Shown here in pieces: positions 55,281 to 64,000 of a DNA stretch of 64,000 nucleotides. The stretch is from a virus (Duplodnaviria; Heunggongvirae; Uroviricota; Caudoviricetes), in the IMG/VR virus record IMGVR_UViG_3300005323_000037, positions 51,988 to 115,987 of that record. The stretch is one strand, 5' to 3'. The notes beneath the pieces are model-generated. The model had not been told where the DNA came from and ran no database searches. It saw only the letters and a list, made by a program, of their open reading frames with translations. Each line of letters begins with the position of its first letter. The stretch's first letter is position 1. A program made the translations under genes and the position numbers.

Positions 55281-55726
55281 CTACACGCGAAGAACTAATT
55301 GATCTGCGCAATAAACTTGCAGTAGCTAGGGAACTATCAGCATCCACCAAGCAAGCAGTAGATGACTTACTGGCAAAGGTACGAGCCGACAATGTTGAGC
55401 TATTTACAGAGCTAGATCTAATCAAGGAGCGCGTAGGAGAGTACGAAGATCAACTCCGTACGGCAGGTATTGCATATTTTGCAACAACTAAGGATAAGCA
55501 TCCAGTTACTGGCGTCAACATCAATGATGCTACTGTTATCGAATACGATAATGAGAAGGCGCTAGAATGGGCAAAGAAAAATACCAACCTGCGCTTGTTG
55601 AAGTTGGACGATACTGCGTTCAAGGGACTGGCTAAGTCTAAGGCTAAGCCAGATGATATGCCAGTTACTGTATACAGTGAGCCTAAGACGGTGCTCGGAA
55701 CTAAGCTGGAGGTGAGCAATGAATAA
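55277..55726 (+). CDS. Hypothetical coiled-coil protein
   Basis: 149-aa ORF. Confidence 0.3.
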   Translation: MTTREELIDLRNKLAVARELSASTKQAVDDLLAKVRADNVELFTELDLIKERVGEYEDQLRTAGIAYFATTKDKHPVTGVNINDATVIEYDNEKALEWAKKNTNLRLLKLDDTAFKGLAKSKAKPDDMPVTVYSEPKTVLGTKLEVSNE

Positions 55727-55857
55727 CACGGTGATCTGCATTAGCAATAGAGAACTTGTTGAAATAATTGCCGGAGTAGACGACGCTGATTTTGTAAGCG
55801 TTTACCCGCGTGCTGCGTACATCACAGACGATGGCGACGTAGAAATTGTAGTAGACT

Positions 55858-56085
55858 ATGAGGAGAATTACGATGATGAATGAGCAAACTATTCCTGTAA
55901 TAGTTTTCAGTGAAACTATTGTAACCAACGTAGAAAAAGCGGTACAAATAAGTATAGACTTAAGCGATATTGTTCAAGACAAGCAAGCGCGAGATGTAAA
56001 CATTAATAATGTTAGCTATCACGCGGAATGCAGCAACGCTATATTTACTTTCAATGTATCATTCAGTACATATGAGGAGAATTGA
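55858..56085 (+). CDS. Hypothetical small protein
   Basis: 75-aa ORF. Confidence 0.25.
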   Translation: MRRITMMNEQTIPVIVFSETIVTNVEKAVQISIDLSDIVQDKQARDVNINNVSYHAECSNAIFTFNVSFSTYEEN

Positions 56086-56276
56086 AAATGGACGTCAATA
56101 TCGAGCTAGCTAACGTAGTTGTAAATAAGCGAATCATTTTGTATGCTGATATTTCTAAGTACATTCCTGAGTCAGCCATATATGTCAACATGGAAGACGT
56201 ATCTGGTACGATCAGAGATGGCAAAGTGGAAATTGAATTTAGTATCCAGTATGAAAGGGAAGATGATGAGAATTGA
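56082..56276 (+). CDS. Hypothetical small acidic protein
   Basis: 64-aa ORF. Last phage gene before the TnpB insertion. Confidence 0.25.
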   Translation: MKMDVNIELANVVVNKRIILYADISKYIPESAIYVNMEDVSGTIRDGKVEIEFSIQYEREDDEN

Positions 56277-56279
56277 TTT

Positions 56280-57565
56280 GGTAGGTAAACAACCCCATGC
56301 CTAAAGGCAGTGGGTTTGTCCCTGACGCTACACAGGTGACTCATTGACCCGTAGTGTAGTCGAGACGTTTGGCCGGTTTACTGCGGCCCTACTGGCAATA
56401 TTGCCAGCAGCGATGTGGTCAGCAAGCCCGGAGAAGCCGCAAACCACGCAGAGGAAAGTAGATTGATTACGACGATTGGCCTTAGCGATGTGACCACAAG
56501 CAGGACAGGTACGCGATGTGTTGCGTGGATCAACCGTAAACACGGGAATACCGCGCAACTTAGCTTTGTATTCGATAAAGCCGCGCAGTTGGGCGAACGA
56601 CCAGCTATGCAGGGTTGCCCTCCGAGACTTGCGAACCGTGACCCGCTGGCTAATGCCGCCGAGTTCTTCGATGGCAATCGCCCGCTTTGTGTCTACAGCC
56701 TTAGCAACCAAATGCTTCGAGATACCGTGATTGACCCACTTAGCAAAGCGGGCCTCCTTGCCAGCAAGTTTATGCAACCTGCGACGCGACGACTTCGTAC
56801 CCTTCCGCTGCAACTTGGCACGCAGGCGGCGATGGCGATGCCTGACATTGTTGACCTGGCTGGACGAATGAACTTCACCGTCAGAATCAACCGCGATATT
56901 GACGATGCCGAGATCAACACCCAACGCGCCCTCAATGTCAATTGGATCCGGTTCCTGCACTTCGCAGGTGGCCGACAGGTAGAAGTTGCCGCGGAAAAGG
57001 ATCAGGTCACTCTCGCCCTGCCGACTGGCGAGCAAGGCGCGTTGTCGCTCGCCACGGACGAATGGAATACGCGCGCGACCACTTGCTGTCCAGATCGAGA
57101 CTTCCGACTTGTCCACGTACCAATGCAAAATACGGTCATCGTAGGCCATGGCGCCGATTGGTTTGAAAGTGCGCTTGTGCTTATGATCCAATTTGTAGGC
57201 ATCAGCCACCTTTGCCAGCAGGCGTACCACGACCTGTGCTGTCAGGTCGAAGCGTTCCTTCAACTCGTAGTACAGGGCTTTATGCAAGTCGTACTGTCGC
57301 CATGTGTGCGTGTTCCAAGCGTAATCGCTCACGTATTGGCTGGCAGCATTGGTCTGTTGCAGCGTCAATTCGAGAGATTTGTGCTGTTCTGGTGTAGGAA
57401 GGAGCTTCACTTGCGCGCTCAGTTTCATAGTTCACAGTATAGCACGGGAGCGCGGAGTTGTCAAATCTTGATAATAGCAACATGAGCAATGTATCACAAG
57501 TCCGTACGCATGGCCCTACATGGCCAGCTCCTATCCCTCCCCACGGCTGAAGCCGGGGGTATCCT
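56280..57565 (-). mobile_element. Solo-TnpB insertion element (IS1341/IS605-OrfB type)
   Basis: GC-rich block. Subterminal hairpins (CTACAC...GTGTAG and CCCCATGCC...GGCAGTGGG) overlap the tnpB 3' end. GC-rich left-end GGCC palindrome near 57510-57530. No tnpA. Boundaries approximate. Confidence 0.6.
56328..57428 (-). CDS. tnpB: TnpB (RuvC-like RNA-guided nuclease family)
   Basis: 366 aa with zinc finger CPACG...CVVCG and a RuvC-like split motif. Plus-strand ORF 56415-57485 is its antisense artefact. Confidence 0.8.
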   Translation of the reverse strand: MKLSAQVKLLPTPEQHKSLELTLQQTNAASQYVSDYAWNTHTWRQYDLHKALYYELKERFDLTAQVVVRLLAKVADAYKLDHKHKRTFKPIGAMAYDDRILHWYVDKSEVSIWTASGRARIPFVRGERQRALLASRQGESDLILFRGNFYLSATCEVQEPDPIDIEGALGVDLGIVNIAVDSDGEVHSSSQVNNVRHRHRRLRAKLQRKGTKSSRRRLHKLAGKEARFAKWVNHGISKHLVAKAVDTKRAIAIEELGGISQRVTVRKSRRATLHSWSFAQLRGFIEYKAKLRGIPVFTVDPRNTSRTCPACGHIAKANRRNQSTFLCVVCGFSGLADHIAAGNIASRAAVNRPNVSTTLRVNESPV

Positions 57566-57578
57566 GGAGGCTTTGATG

Positions 57579-57842
57579 AAGATGACGATAGTTGATGAAG
57601 ATATTAGTACAACATTTGGTTATGCTAGCGCGCCTACTGTATCGCCGCCAGAAACCGATCACAGGGTAGTTTACCTAAAGATTGCATTCGATGACGGTGA
57701 TATCATTGATGCCGCGGGAGAATTTGGATTATCCAAATATGATATCGGGCTTGAGGATGATAGAATAATTTGGAACAAGCAGACTAGAGAGTATGAGATT
57801 AATCTTACTATCTATGGCGACGATGTAATTGGAAGGAGATAG
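57579..57842 (+). CDS. Hypothetical small protein
   Basis: Start at MKMTIVDED with a GGAGG RBS. The track's 5' extension runs into the IS end. Confidence 0.3.
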   Translation, partial: KMTIVDEDISTTFGYASAPTVSPPETDHRVVYLKIAFDDGDIIDAAGEFGLSKYDIGLEDDRIIWNKQTREYEINLTIYGDDVIGRR

Positions 57843-57847
57843 CAGCC

Positions 57848-58750
57848 ATGATTCACTCGTATCCAAAAGTATATCAACTTGGACATAAAGCTATTTCTGG
57901 AATTTTAGATGGTCCAGTAGATGTAACTGAGAAAGTAGATGGCAGCCAATTTTCATTTGGCGTATTCAATGGTAAGCTGGAATGCCGCAGTCATAATAAG
58001 CAAATTGTTCTAGACGCACCAGAGAAAATGTTTGCAAGAGCGATCTTTACCTGTTATGAACTAGAGAAATTACTGTGCCCAGGCTGGACGTATCGCGGAG
58101 AATATCTGAACACTCCGCATCATAACGCTCTATGCTATGATCGCGTGCCGCCAAAGAATATTATTCTATTCGATATCATGACTGAAAATGTTGAATGCTA
58201 TTTGTCGTATAACGCCATGTACGAAGAGGCCAATCGTCTCGGCTTGTCAGTTGTGCCATTACTGTATAGTGGAGTGGTAGCAAGCAGGAGTGAATTGAGT
58301 AAGCTTCTCGATACTGTTAGTATTCTCGGCGGTCAGAAAATTGAAGGCGTAGTTATCAAGAACTACTCTATGCTTTCTCTGGACGACAAGATTGCCATGG
58401 CTAAAGTAGTGCGCGAGGATTTCAAAGAAGTCAACGCGACTAACTGGAAGGCGAACAATCCTGGTAAGCAGGATATTGTAGAGGAAATTGCTGCGCGCTA
58501 TGCTACACCGGCACGTTGGAAGAAAGCTATTCAACACTTGCGTGAAGATGGTTTGATTCAAGATGCGCCGCAGGACATTGGCAAGCTAATCAATGAAGTC
58601 AAGCGCGACGTGCTAGAAGAGGAATCTGAAGCGATTGCTAATATGCTGTTCAAGGAATTCTGGCCGCAGATTGCACGTAAACTGATTGCTGGTTTACCAG
58701 AATGGTATAAGGGCACGCTAGCAGATTATGCCTTTACTGATAAGGAGTAG
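57848..58750 (+). CDS. ATP-dependent RNA ligase-like nucleotidyltransferase (Rnl1-like motif I KxDGS)
   Basis: Motif I TEKVDGSQF, motif IV EGVVIK, motif V MAKVVREDFK. Confidence 0.55.
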   Translation: MIHSYPKVYQLGHKAISGILDGPVDVTEKVDGSQFSFGVFNGKLECRSHNKQIVLDAPEKMFARAIFTCYELEKLLCPGWTYRGEYLNTPHHNALCYDRVPPKNIILFDIMTENVECYLSYNAMYEEANRLGLSVVPLLYSGVVASRSELSKLLDTVSILGGQKIEGVVIKNYSMLSLDDKIAMAKVVREDFKEVNATNWKANNPGKQDIVEEIAARYATPARWKKAIQHLREDGLIQDAPQDIGKLINEVKRDVLEEESEAIANMLFKEFWPQIARKLIAGLPEWYKGTLADYAFTDKE

Positions 58751-58755
58751 CTACC

Positions 58756-60321
58756 ATGTTTCTACAAAGACTGCGCTTAGGGTTTGCGACCAATTCGTCA
58801 TCGAGTCACTCGCTCATCTGGATTCCAGGTAATACTAAATTCACAAGCGATCGCTTAGCATATGATGGTGGCTGGGGTTGGGATGAATTTGTTCTGGCCA
58901 CACCAAAAGCTAAAGCGTCATATCTGCTGTCGAATATCTACAATAACCTGCTTGGTATCATGAATGAAGATTATGCCAAAGCGGTTGTCGAGCACGTGTT
59001 AGCTAAGCAGATACATGTAAAAGTTGACTCAGACATGATTGGTTATGTCGATCATCAGTCAAGCATTATCTTGCCGCATAAGAGAGGGCGTTTCGGCGGA
59101 CGTCCTGATGTCGATATGGAATTCTTTACGAATGTATTTACTGAAATTGTGCAATCGCCAGATTATGTTATTATTGGCGGTAACGACAATAGTGATAATG
59201 AGTCACTTGATCCGATTAAGTGGGCTGGCGAGAAAGTAATCAGAACCGATGACGATAATATCTATAACTGGCTAGCCGAGCATAGCAACAGTAATCGTTC
59301 TTCTGTAAAGCAGGGCCGCTGGGGAGAGCGCTATAGTAAGGGCAGCTTCACCGCTCGCCGTGACGGCAGGTTCTGGACTATGTTCAATACTGTCAATGGA
59401 GCAAAGATTACTCTTACTACTAGCCCGGTCAGTGATAAGGATGCACGTGAAGCATATACTTATTCCACTGTACCAGAACTGATCGACCTAAAGATTACTG
59501 ACTTTTGCACTAAGGGATGTGAGTTCTGTTACGCCAACAGTAAGCATGACGGCAAGCACGCGTCCCTAGACAATGTTCGTTCCATTGTGTACGCTTTAGA
59601 TGATCTTGGTGTATTTGAAGTAACGCTTGGCGGAGGCGAGCCAACATTGCACCCAGATTTCTATAAGATTGTAAAGGAGTTCAATGATTACGGTATTGTG
59701 GTAAACTTTACCACTAATGATCACAGCTTCTTGAGCAAAGGCACCGATGCTAATGAGCGTGAGAAGAGAGAGATTATGAAGCTAGTAGGTGCAGTAGCTG
59801 TTACTGTGCGCAGCCTACGCGATTGCGAGCTGGCGCTTAGATTCAATGAGCGTTGCGGTGGATCGGTAGTATTCCAGATTCCAATGGGCACCGTATCGCG
59901 TAATGACTTTCATAATATTGGCGAGCTAGCCAGAGCATCCAAAATTCGTATGACATTACTGGGCTACAAGAATGTTGGACGCGGTGGCAGTTACAAGCCT
60001 ATTCCATATGACTGGTGGCTAGACGAGGTAGTTGAAACGTCTAAGTCTCAAGATAGCGATGATTACTGTTGGCTTAATAATGTTATCGGTATTGATACTA
60101 CTTTAGCTGCTCAGTATAAAGATAAGCTAGAGGCGCTTGGCGTGCCCGAGTATATGTATTACTTGCAGGAAGGCAACTTCTCGTGCGCAATTGACGCGGT
60201 GAATATGACTGTAGCTAAGTCGTCATATGATGGCGGTGCGCTTTCAATCAAACCGACTAGCAGATTGGTAGGTGTAGCAAATATGATCAAGAAACATTAT
60301 GCAACGTTTAGGGAGGCATAG
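58756..60321 (+). CDS. Radical SAM enzyme with ~240-aa N-terminal domain of unknown function
   Basis: CxxxCxxC cluster DFCTKGCEFCY near aa 245 and a GGGEPTLHP SAM-binding motif. Translationally coupled to the ligase gene. Confidence 0.65.
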   Translation: MFLQRLRLGFATNSSSSHSLIWIPGNTKFTSDRLAYDGGWGWDEFVLATPKAKASYLLSNIYNNLLGIMNEDYAKAVVEHVLAKQIHVKVDSDMIGYVDHQSSIILPHKRGRFGGRPDVDMEFFTNVFTEIVQSPDYVIIGGNDNSDNESLDPIKWAGEKVIRTDDDNIYNWLAEHSNSNRSSVKQGRWGERYSKGSFTARRDGRFWTMFNTVNGAKITLTTSPVSDKDAREAYTYSTVPELIDLKITDFCTKGCEFCYANSKHDGKHASLDNVRSIVYALDDLGVFEVTLGGGEPTLHPDFYKIVKEFNDYGIVVNFTTNDHSFLSKGTDANEREKREIMKLVGAVAVTVRSLRDCELALRFNERCGGSVVFQIPMGTVSRNDFHNIGELARASKIRMTLLGYKNVGRGGSYKPIPYDWWLDEVVETSKSQDSDDYCWLNNVIGIDTTLAAQYKDKLEALGVPEYMYYLQEGNFSCAIDAVNMTVAKSSYDGGALSIKPTSRLVGVANMIKKHYATFREA

Positions 60322-60322
60322 T

Positions 60323-60658
60323 ATGAGCTATACTGATTGGCACTCTATGGGCGATCGGTGTAAATTATCTAACGAACCAATTGACGACTTACTTGGCAGG
60401 ATTAGAGATTTGTATACGGGCGGCCCGAGTCCGAATTACAATCCAGCATACGCAAAGAATTCTATATGCCCGCTATGCAATAGAAGGCAAGTGTCTGGAC
60501 TGGCGCGAATAAACATGAAGCCGCTTGATGGAACTAACCTTTGCTGGGGCGACTGTAAGTGGGAGGCGGATAGCACGATTCCAATTACTGATGTAATTCG
60601 TATTATCGAATATTTTGAAGATCAAATTGATAGCTCGCATCGCGTGTATTTAGAATGA
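60323..60658 (+). CDS. Small zinc-binding-like protein (CPLCN...LCWGDCKWE)
   Basis: Paralogue of 60794-61075 (shared DGTNLCWGDC). Confidence 0.3.
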   Translation: MSYTDWHSMGDRCKLSNEPIDDLLGRIRDLYTGGPSPNYNPAYAKNSICPLCNRRQVSGLARINMKPLDGTNLCWGDCKWEADSTIPITDVIRIIEYFEDQIDSSHRVYLE

Positions 60659-60793
60659 CAGAGTATGTATCCGCTTCACTTTGGAGCATACTAATTGATG
60701 AGTATACATTTGATCCAGTAATTTCAATCTGGGTAGACGGCTTTGTTCCAGATGATGTAGATGAAAGCGAGATTATAGAATGGAGATTAGACA

Positions 60794-61075
60794 ATGAGTG
60801 AGCAAGTAGATTCTATTATAGCAAATGTTGAGTCTCTTTATACTGCCTTGCTAGGCGATCGCCCAGCACTCGATCGAGCTTATATCTCTGAAAATACATG
60901 CCATTACTGTGGCAAGCACAAGCCCACAGATAAAGCGTGGATTGAGCTTGATGATGGAGACGGAACTAACCTTTGTTGGGGAGACTGTTGGAGCACGTAT
61001 AATGTATCTATTGAGAGCGCTCTAGTACTGATTGCTGAAATCAAACGACTACGCTCTAAATTGGGAGAGGAATAA
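60794..61075 (+). CDS. Small zinc-binding-like protein (CHYCG...LCWGDCWS)
   Basis: Paralogue of the previous ORF. Confidence 0.3.
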   Translation: MSEQVDSIIANVESLYTALLGDRPALDRAYISENTCHYCGKHKPTDKAWIELDDGDGTNLCWGDCWSTYNVSIESALVLIAEIKRLRSKLGEE

Positions 61076-61077
61076 TA

Positions 61078-61485
61078 ATGGGCACACATGCACTGATCAA
61101 GATATACGATGAAGATGAAGAAATGCTCACTCAAATCTATCACCACTATGATGGCTATCCGAGCGGGGTGGGCAAAGAGCTTGCCGAGTTTCTTCTGGAT
61201 CGCAAGATAGTCAACGGATTCAATGATCCAAGTGAACTGCTAATAGCTAATGGCATGGGTAATCTTGCAGCGCAGCTAGTCTATCATTTTGTACAAGTAG
61301 ATGGTATGGTGGGTAATGTATACATTGAAGCGCCGTCAGATGATGTGGAAGAATATGTGTATGAAGTGCACTTTGGCGGCAGAGATGATGAGTGTTACGT
61401 AATTTGCTTTGCAGATGGAGAGATGGTATTTCATGGACTTCCAATGGAAATGTTGGGATGGATTGAAAGCGAGGAATGTCAATGA
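61078..61485 (+). CDS. Hypothetical protein
   Basis: 135-aa ORF. Confidence 0.3.
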   Translation: MGTHALIKIYDEDEEMLTQIYHHYDGYPSGVGKELAEFLLDRKIVNGFNDPSELLIANGMGNLAAQLVYHFVQVDGMVGNVYIEAPSDDVEEYVYEVHFGGRDDECYVICFADGEMVFHGLPMEMLGWIESEECQ

Positions 61486-61754
61486 TAGATTTGGATAATC
61501 CAAATGTCGAAGCTAGAGTAAAGCAATGGATGCGCGAGTATGTTGAAGAGGAATATTTGATCCTGCTAGATGAGAAGCTAGATGAGAATACTATCAATAT
61601 GACAGAGCTGGCTGAGATAGCCTGTGATCAGTTTGATTTGTTCGAGCCGCCGCCAGACTTTGATTGCCCGGAGGAAGTATTCTATTGGGCTTATGAAGTT
61701 AGCTGTGAGTACGAAGTAGAGCTCGATACTGATATTGGTGAGAGGGAGGGATGA
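61482..61754 (+). CDS. Hypothetical acidic protein
   Basis: Start at the second ATG. The palindrome lies in its first codons. Confidence 0.25.
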   Translation: MIDLDNPNVEARVKQWMREYVEEEYLILLDEKLDENTINMTELAEIACDQFDLFEPPPDFDCPEEVFYWAYEVSCEYEVELDTDIGEREG

Positions 61755-61756
61755 CA

Positions 61757-62020
61757 ATGCTAAGTCAATCAGATATAGAATCAATTAATAATGAGGCTAG
61801 CGAGATTGCTTTCAACATTATGGAGCTTGATGATATTACTCTGTATCTCGAATGGTTTCGTCATAGCTTTGTAAAGCATGGCACCAAGCGTGAGTTGGCC
61901 GCTATCGCTATGCTGCATGATAGAATTGCTAGGAGTATCTCTAAATGGAAGGAATGTGCGAGTAGTATTTCTGTGTCTCTCGATATACTGCAACGGATAG
62001 TTGAGAAGGAGAAAGAATAA
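61757..62020 (+). CDS. Hypothetical protein
   Basis: Start at the second ATG after GGAGGG. Confidence 0.25.
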   Translation: MLSQSDIESINNEASEIAFNIMELDDITLYLEWFRHSFVKHGTKRELAAIAMLHDRIARSISKWKECASSISVSLDILQRIVEKEKE

Positions 62021-62283
62021 TGGTATGCTATAGTCAAGACTTCATTGATCGCTGTAAAGCTGAGTATCCAGATTGGACTAGACTACACGAGCTGCTTGAT
62101 GCTGGAGTGCCCTTTGCTGGACGCTATCTAGATGATGCTCAGTATGAAACCATTGATCCAGCAGCATTGCTTAATGATAGTAACCTGCCGGTACTGCAAA
62201 AGAAAGCTAAAAGAATCATTCGACGAAGAGCCTTATACGCCGAATGGATTGATAAGTATTCTGATTGCTCAGAGGAGAAATGA
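62020..62283 (+). CDS. Hypothetical protein
   Basis: 87-aa ORF. Confidence 0.3.
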   Translation: MVCYSQDFIDRCKAEYPDWTRLHELLDAGVPFAGRYLDDAQYETIDPAALLNDSNLPVLQKKAKRIIRRRALYAEWIDKYSDCSEEK

Positions 62284-62286
62284 TTA

Positions 62287-62789
62287 TGAGCTTAGATATT
62301 GCACTCTACAATTCTGCTGATGAAGAAGTAGCAGCAATGAACTGGCTACGTAATCCATTTGGTTTATGCCAATGGGCTGAAGACAATGTTGGAGACGGTG
62401 AGCAGTCATTATACTTTGTATGCAATGCTTGGACGTATGATGAAGCAGTAAATGTGAATCGAGTATTCTTCAAGCGTGTAGTAGATGCATACTGGGAGAG
62501 AATTCAAGTACTCGAACGTGGTTACTATTGCTTCAACTTATCTGCATACATTCAGTTTGTTGAAGGTAATGCATTTGGCTTTCCACGCACTAAATGGCGC
62601 AGTATTGTAGACGCAGAGTACGCAAAAGATGGTACGTATATCAAGATTCCAATGGAATACTTTGTCGATCCGGTGTTTCATTTGGCTGGCTACAATACAT
62701 TAGATCACTATAAGGAATGGTTTACTGAGCTAGTGGAATTTGCCGAGCTATTGCAGGATGAATCATTACGCTTTGAATGTGATAATTAA
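62287..62789 (+). CDS. Hypothetical protein
   Basis: Start moved to MSLDIALY. Confidence 0.3.
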
Positions 62790-62801
62790 AGGAGAATGGA
62801 A

Positions 62802-63218
62802 ATGAGCCTATCGCAAGCGTATGTTAAAACCAAATACGAGATACAGTTTCAGCTTTTAGTTGATAGGTACGAAACCTCGTTTAGTATAAGCGAGATTCCG
62901 CGAGGTGAGCACAAGATCAGCTGCTATAAAACAGATGCTCCTGCGCTCATCGCCGCGATCGCAAAGGCCGTCGATGTAACTATCGAGCAGATCGCGCAGG
63001 CAATGGGCGTGACGTTGCCGCAAGCGCAGGCGTGGATACCTGTAAGCGATCACTTGCCCGACGAAAAAGGCGACTACAACGTCACGATACCCGACAACGA
63101 GTCGGTGGTAACATGGTGGTTCCATCCTAATAGTAATAGTTCATGTGGCCCAGACTCTTGGCGTAAGGAGGTGATTGCATGGATGCCCTTACCGAAAACG
63201 TACAAAGCAGGTGAATGA
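62802..63218 (+). CDS. Hypothetical protein
   Basis: Start at MSLSQAY. Confidence 0.3.
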   Translation: MSLSQAYVKTKYEIQFQLLVDRYETSFSISEIPRGEHKISCYKTDAPALIAAIAKAVDVTIEQIAQAMGVTLPQAQAWIPVSDHLPDEKGDYNVTIPDNESVVTWWFHPNSNSSCGPDSWRKEVIAWMPLPKTYKAGE

Positions 63219-63478
63219 TGAGCGATCTAGCAGAAATGAGTGATACTGATTTAGTCATTAGTGTTGAGGTATTGCACAGAAACGTTTATGTGGCCGAGTT
63301 ATTCAAGCGTTTGGGGGCAGGCGATGCGGCCGCAGCAGAAGTGGAGCGGTTGCGCAAGGCGCTGCAAGAGGCGATCGAGCTGGTAGAGGACGTTGCCGAT
63401 ACGTCGTATGCGCAGAACAGCACGGTCTACAAGCACAAGATTGCCGAGTTGAAGGCGGTATTGGAGGAAGCGAAATGA
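63215..63478 (+). CDS. Hypothetical coiled-coil protein
   Basis: 87-aa ORF. Confidence 0.3.
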   Translation: MMSDLAEMSDTDLVISVEVLHRNVYVAELFKRLGAGDAAAAEVERLRKALQEAIELVEDVADTSYAQNSTVYKHKIAELKAVLEEAK

Positions 63479-63945
63479 TAAACCCGCGCGATACGATACG
63501 AGTGATAGTCATCGTCGATCCTGTCGGGTCCGCGCTGGGTACCCCCAACGAGGAAATCGCTGGCATCATGCGCGACCTACGCGACTTCTGCGATGACATG
63601 AACTTTGAACTCGTGGCCGGGTTGACCGGGACATACGCCATCGATGACAAGCGCGCTGATCTCCTGATCGTTGACTATGGCGGCATGTCATGTGCAGGTG
63701 CATCTGATACGTGCGTTTGGGAAATGCGATTTGCGACCGAATGGGCGCAGAATCATCCAGGCTGCCTCATGGTTGTCTGGTCGAGTTTCAGCCGCAGGCT
63801 TTACGAGCGCGAACTAAGCGAGGAGTTCGGCCATCTCGACAACGTGATCTGGCGTTGCGAGGGGGATACTGATCAGTTTGACGCGATCAGGCAGTGGTTT
63901 GGTGATCCACTGAAGGGCTGCGACGGCAGCACTAAAGTGGCATGA
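63475..63945 (+). CDS. Hypothetical protein (GC-richer)
   Basis: 156-aa ORF. Confidence 0.3.
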   Translation: MINPRDTIRVIVIVDPVGSALGTPNEEIAGIMRDLRDFCDDMNFELVAGLTGTYAIDDKRADLLIVDYGGMSCAGASDTCVWEMRFATEWAQNHPGCLMVVWSSFSRRLYERELSEEFGHLDNVIWRCEGDTDQFDAIRQWFGDPLKGCDGSTKVA

Positions 63946-64000
63946 ATGACAGTACTGGAGGAGAAGGAATGAAGCTATCAGCGCACCTGCGTAACCACGC

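Noticed and set aside
55720-55883. 54-aa acidic ORF (MNNTVICISN...) below the track's length cut-off
   Set aside because: Plausible but too short and motif-free to report as a feature. It sits between 55277-55726 and 55858-56085 and overlaps the latter.
56415-57485. 356-aa plus-strand ORF over the second TnpB
   Set aside because: Antisense artefact of a GC-rich gene. The minus-strand product has the TnpB zinc finger and RuvC-like motifs.

Overview
This window reads as a tailed-phage (siphovirus-like) genome segment of about 40% GC. There are two gene arms. A minus-strand arm (1 to about 35.8 kb) starts with a morphogenesis module: tape measure (partial), two tail assembly chaperones with a candidate -1 frameshift site, two paralogous major tail proteins, neck-like proteins, two GT-B glycosyltransferases, a GC-rich inserted gene, a cluster of membrane proteins, major capsid, decoration-like, scaffold and protease-like genes. 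It continues with a long array of small early-type genes, including an MDR Zn-dehydrogenase, a MazG-like protein, a DEDD exonuclease, a proteasome-like Ntn hydrolase, an SPFH/NfeD-like pair, many zinc-ribbon proteins, an IS200/IS605 element carrying tnpA+tnpB, and four tRNA or tRNA-like genes. A plus-strand arm (39.9 to 64 kb) holds about 60 mostly small genes, a solo TnpB insertion, and an RNA-ligase-like gene next to a 521-aa radical-SAM gene. The arms are separated by a control region of about 4 kb (35.8 to 39.9 kb) with consensus sigma70-type promoters, 108-bp direct repeats, two iteron clusters, an AT-rich element, a C-depleted purine tract and a possible initiator gene. The most unusual features are: (1) a 17-bp perfect palindrome ATTTGGATAATCCAAAT repeated about 20 times just upstream of the ribosome-binding sites of plus-strand genes; (2) the RNA-ligase plus radical-SAM pair next to a TnpB; (3) a TagF/KpsS-like and a GT4-like glycosyltransferase inside the neck/tail module, with a TarJ-like dehydrogenase elsewhere; (4) an operator-like inverted repeat shared between the tail-tube intergenic spacer and the interior of the putative replication gene; (5) a tRNA-like gene with a non-canonical anticodon arm. 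The ORF track counts TTG and GTG as starts. Several starts were moved to internal ATGs with better RBS support. My hand-derived coordinates may be off by 1-2 nt in places.
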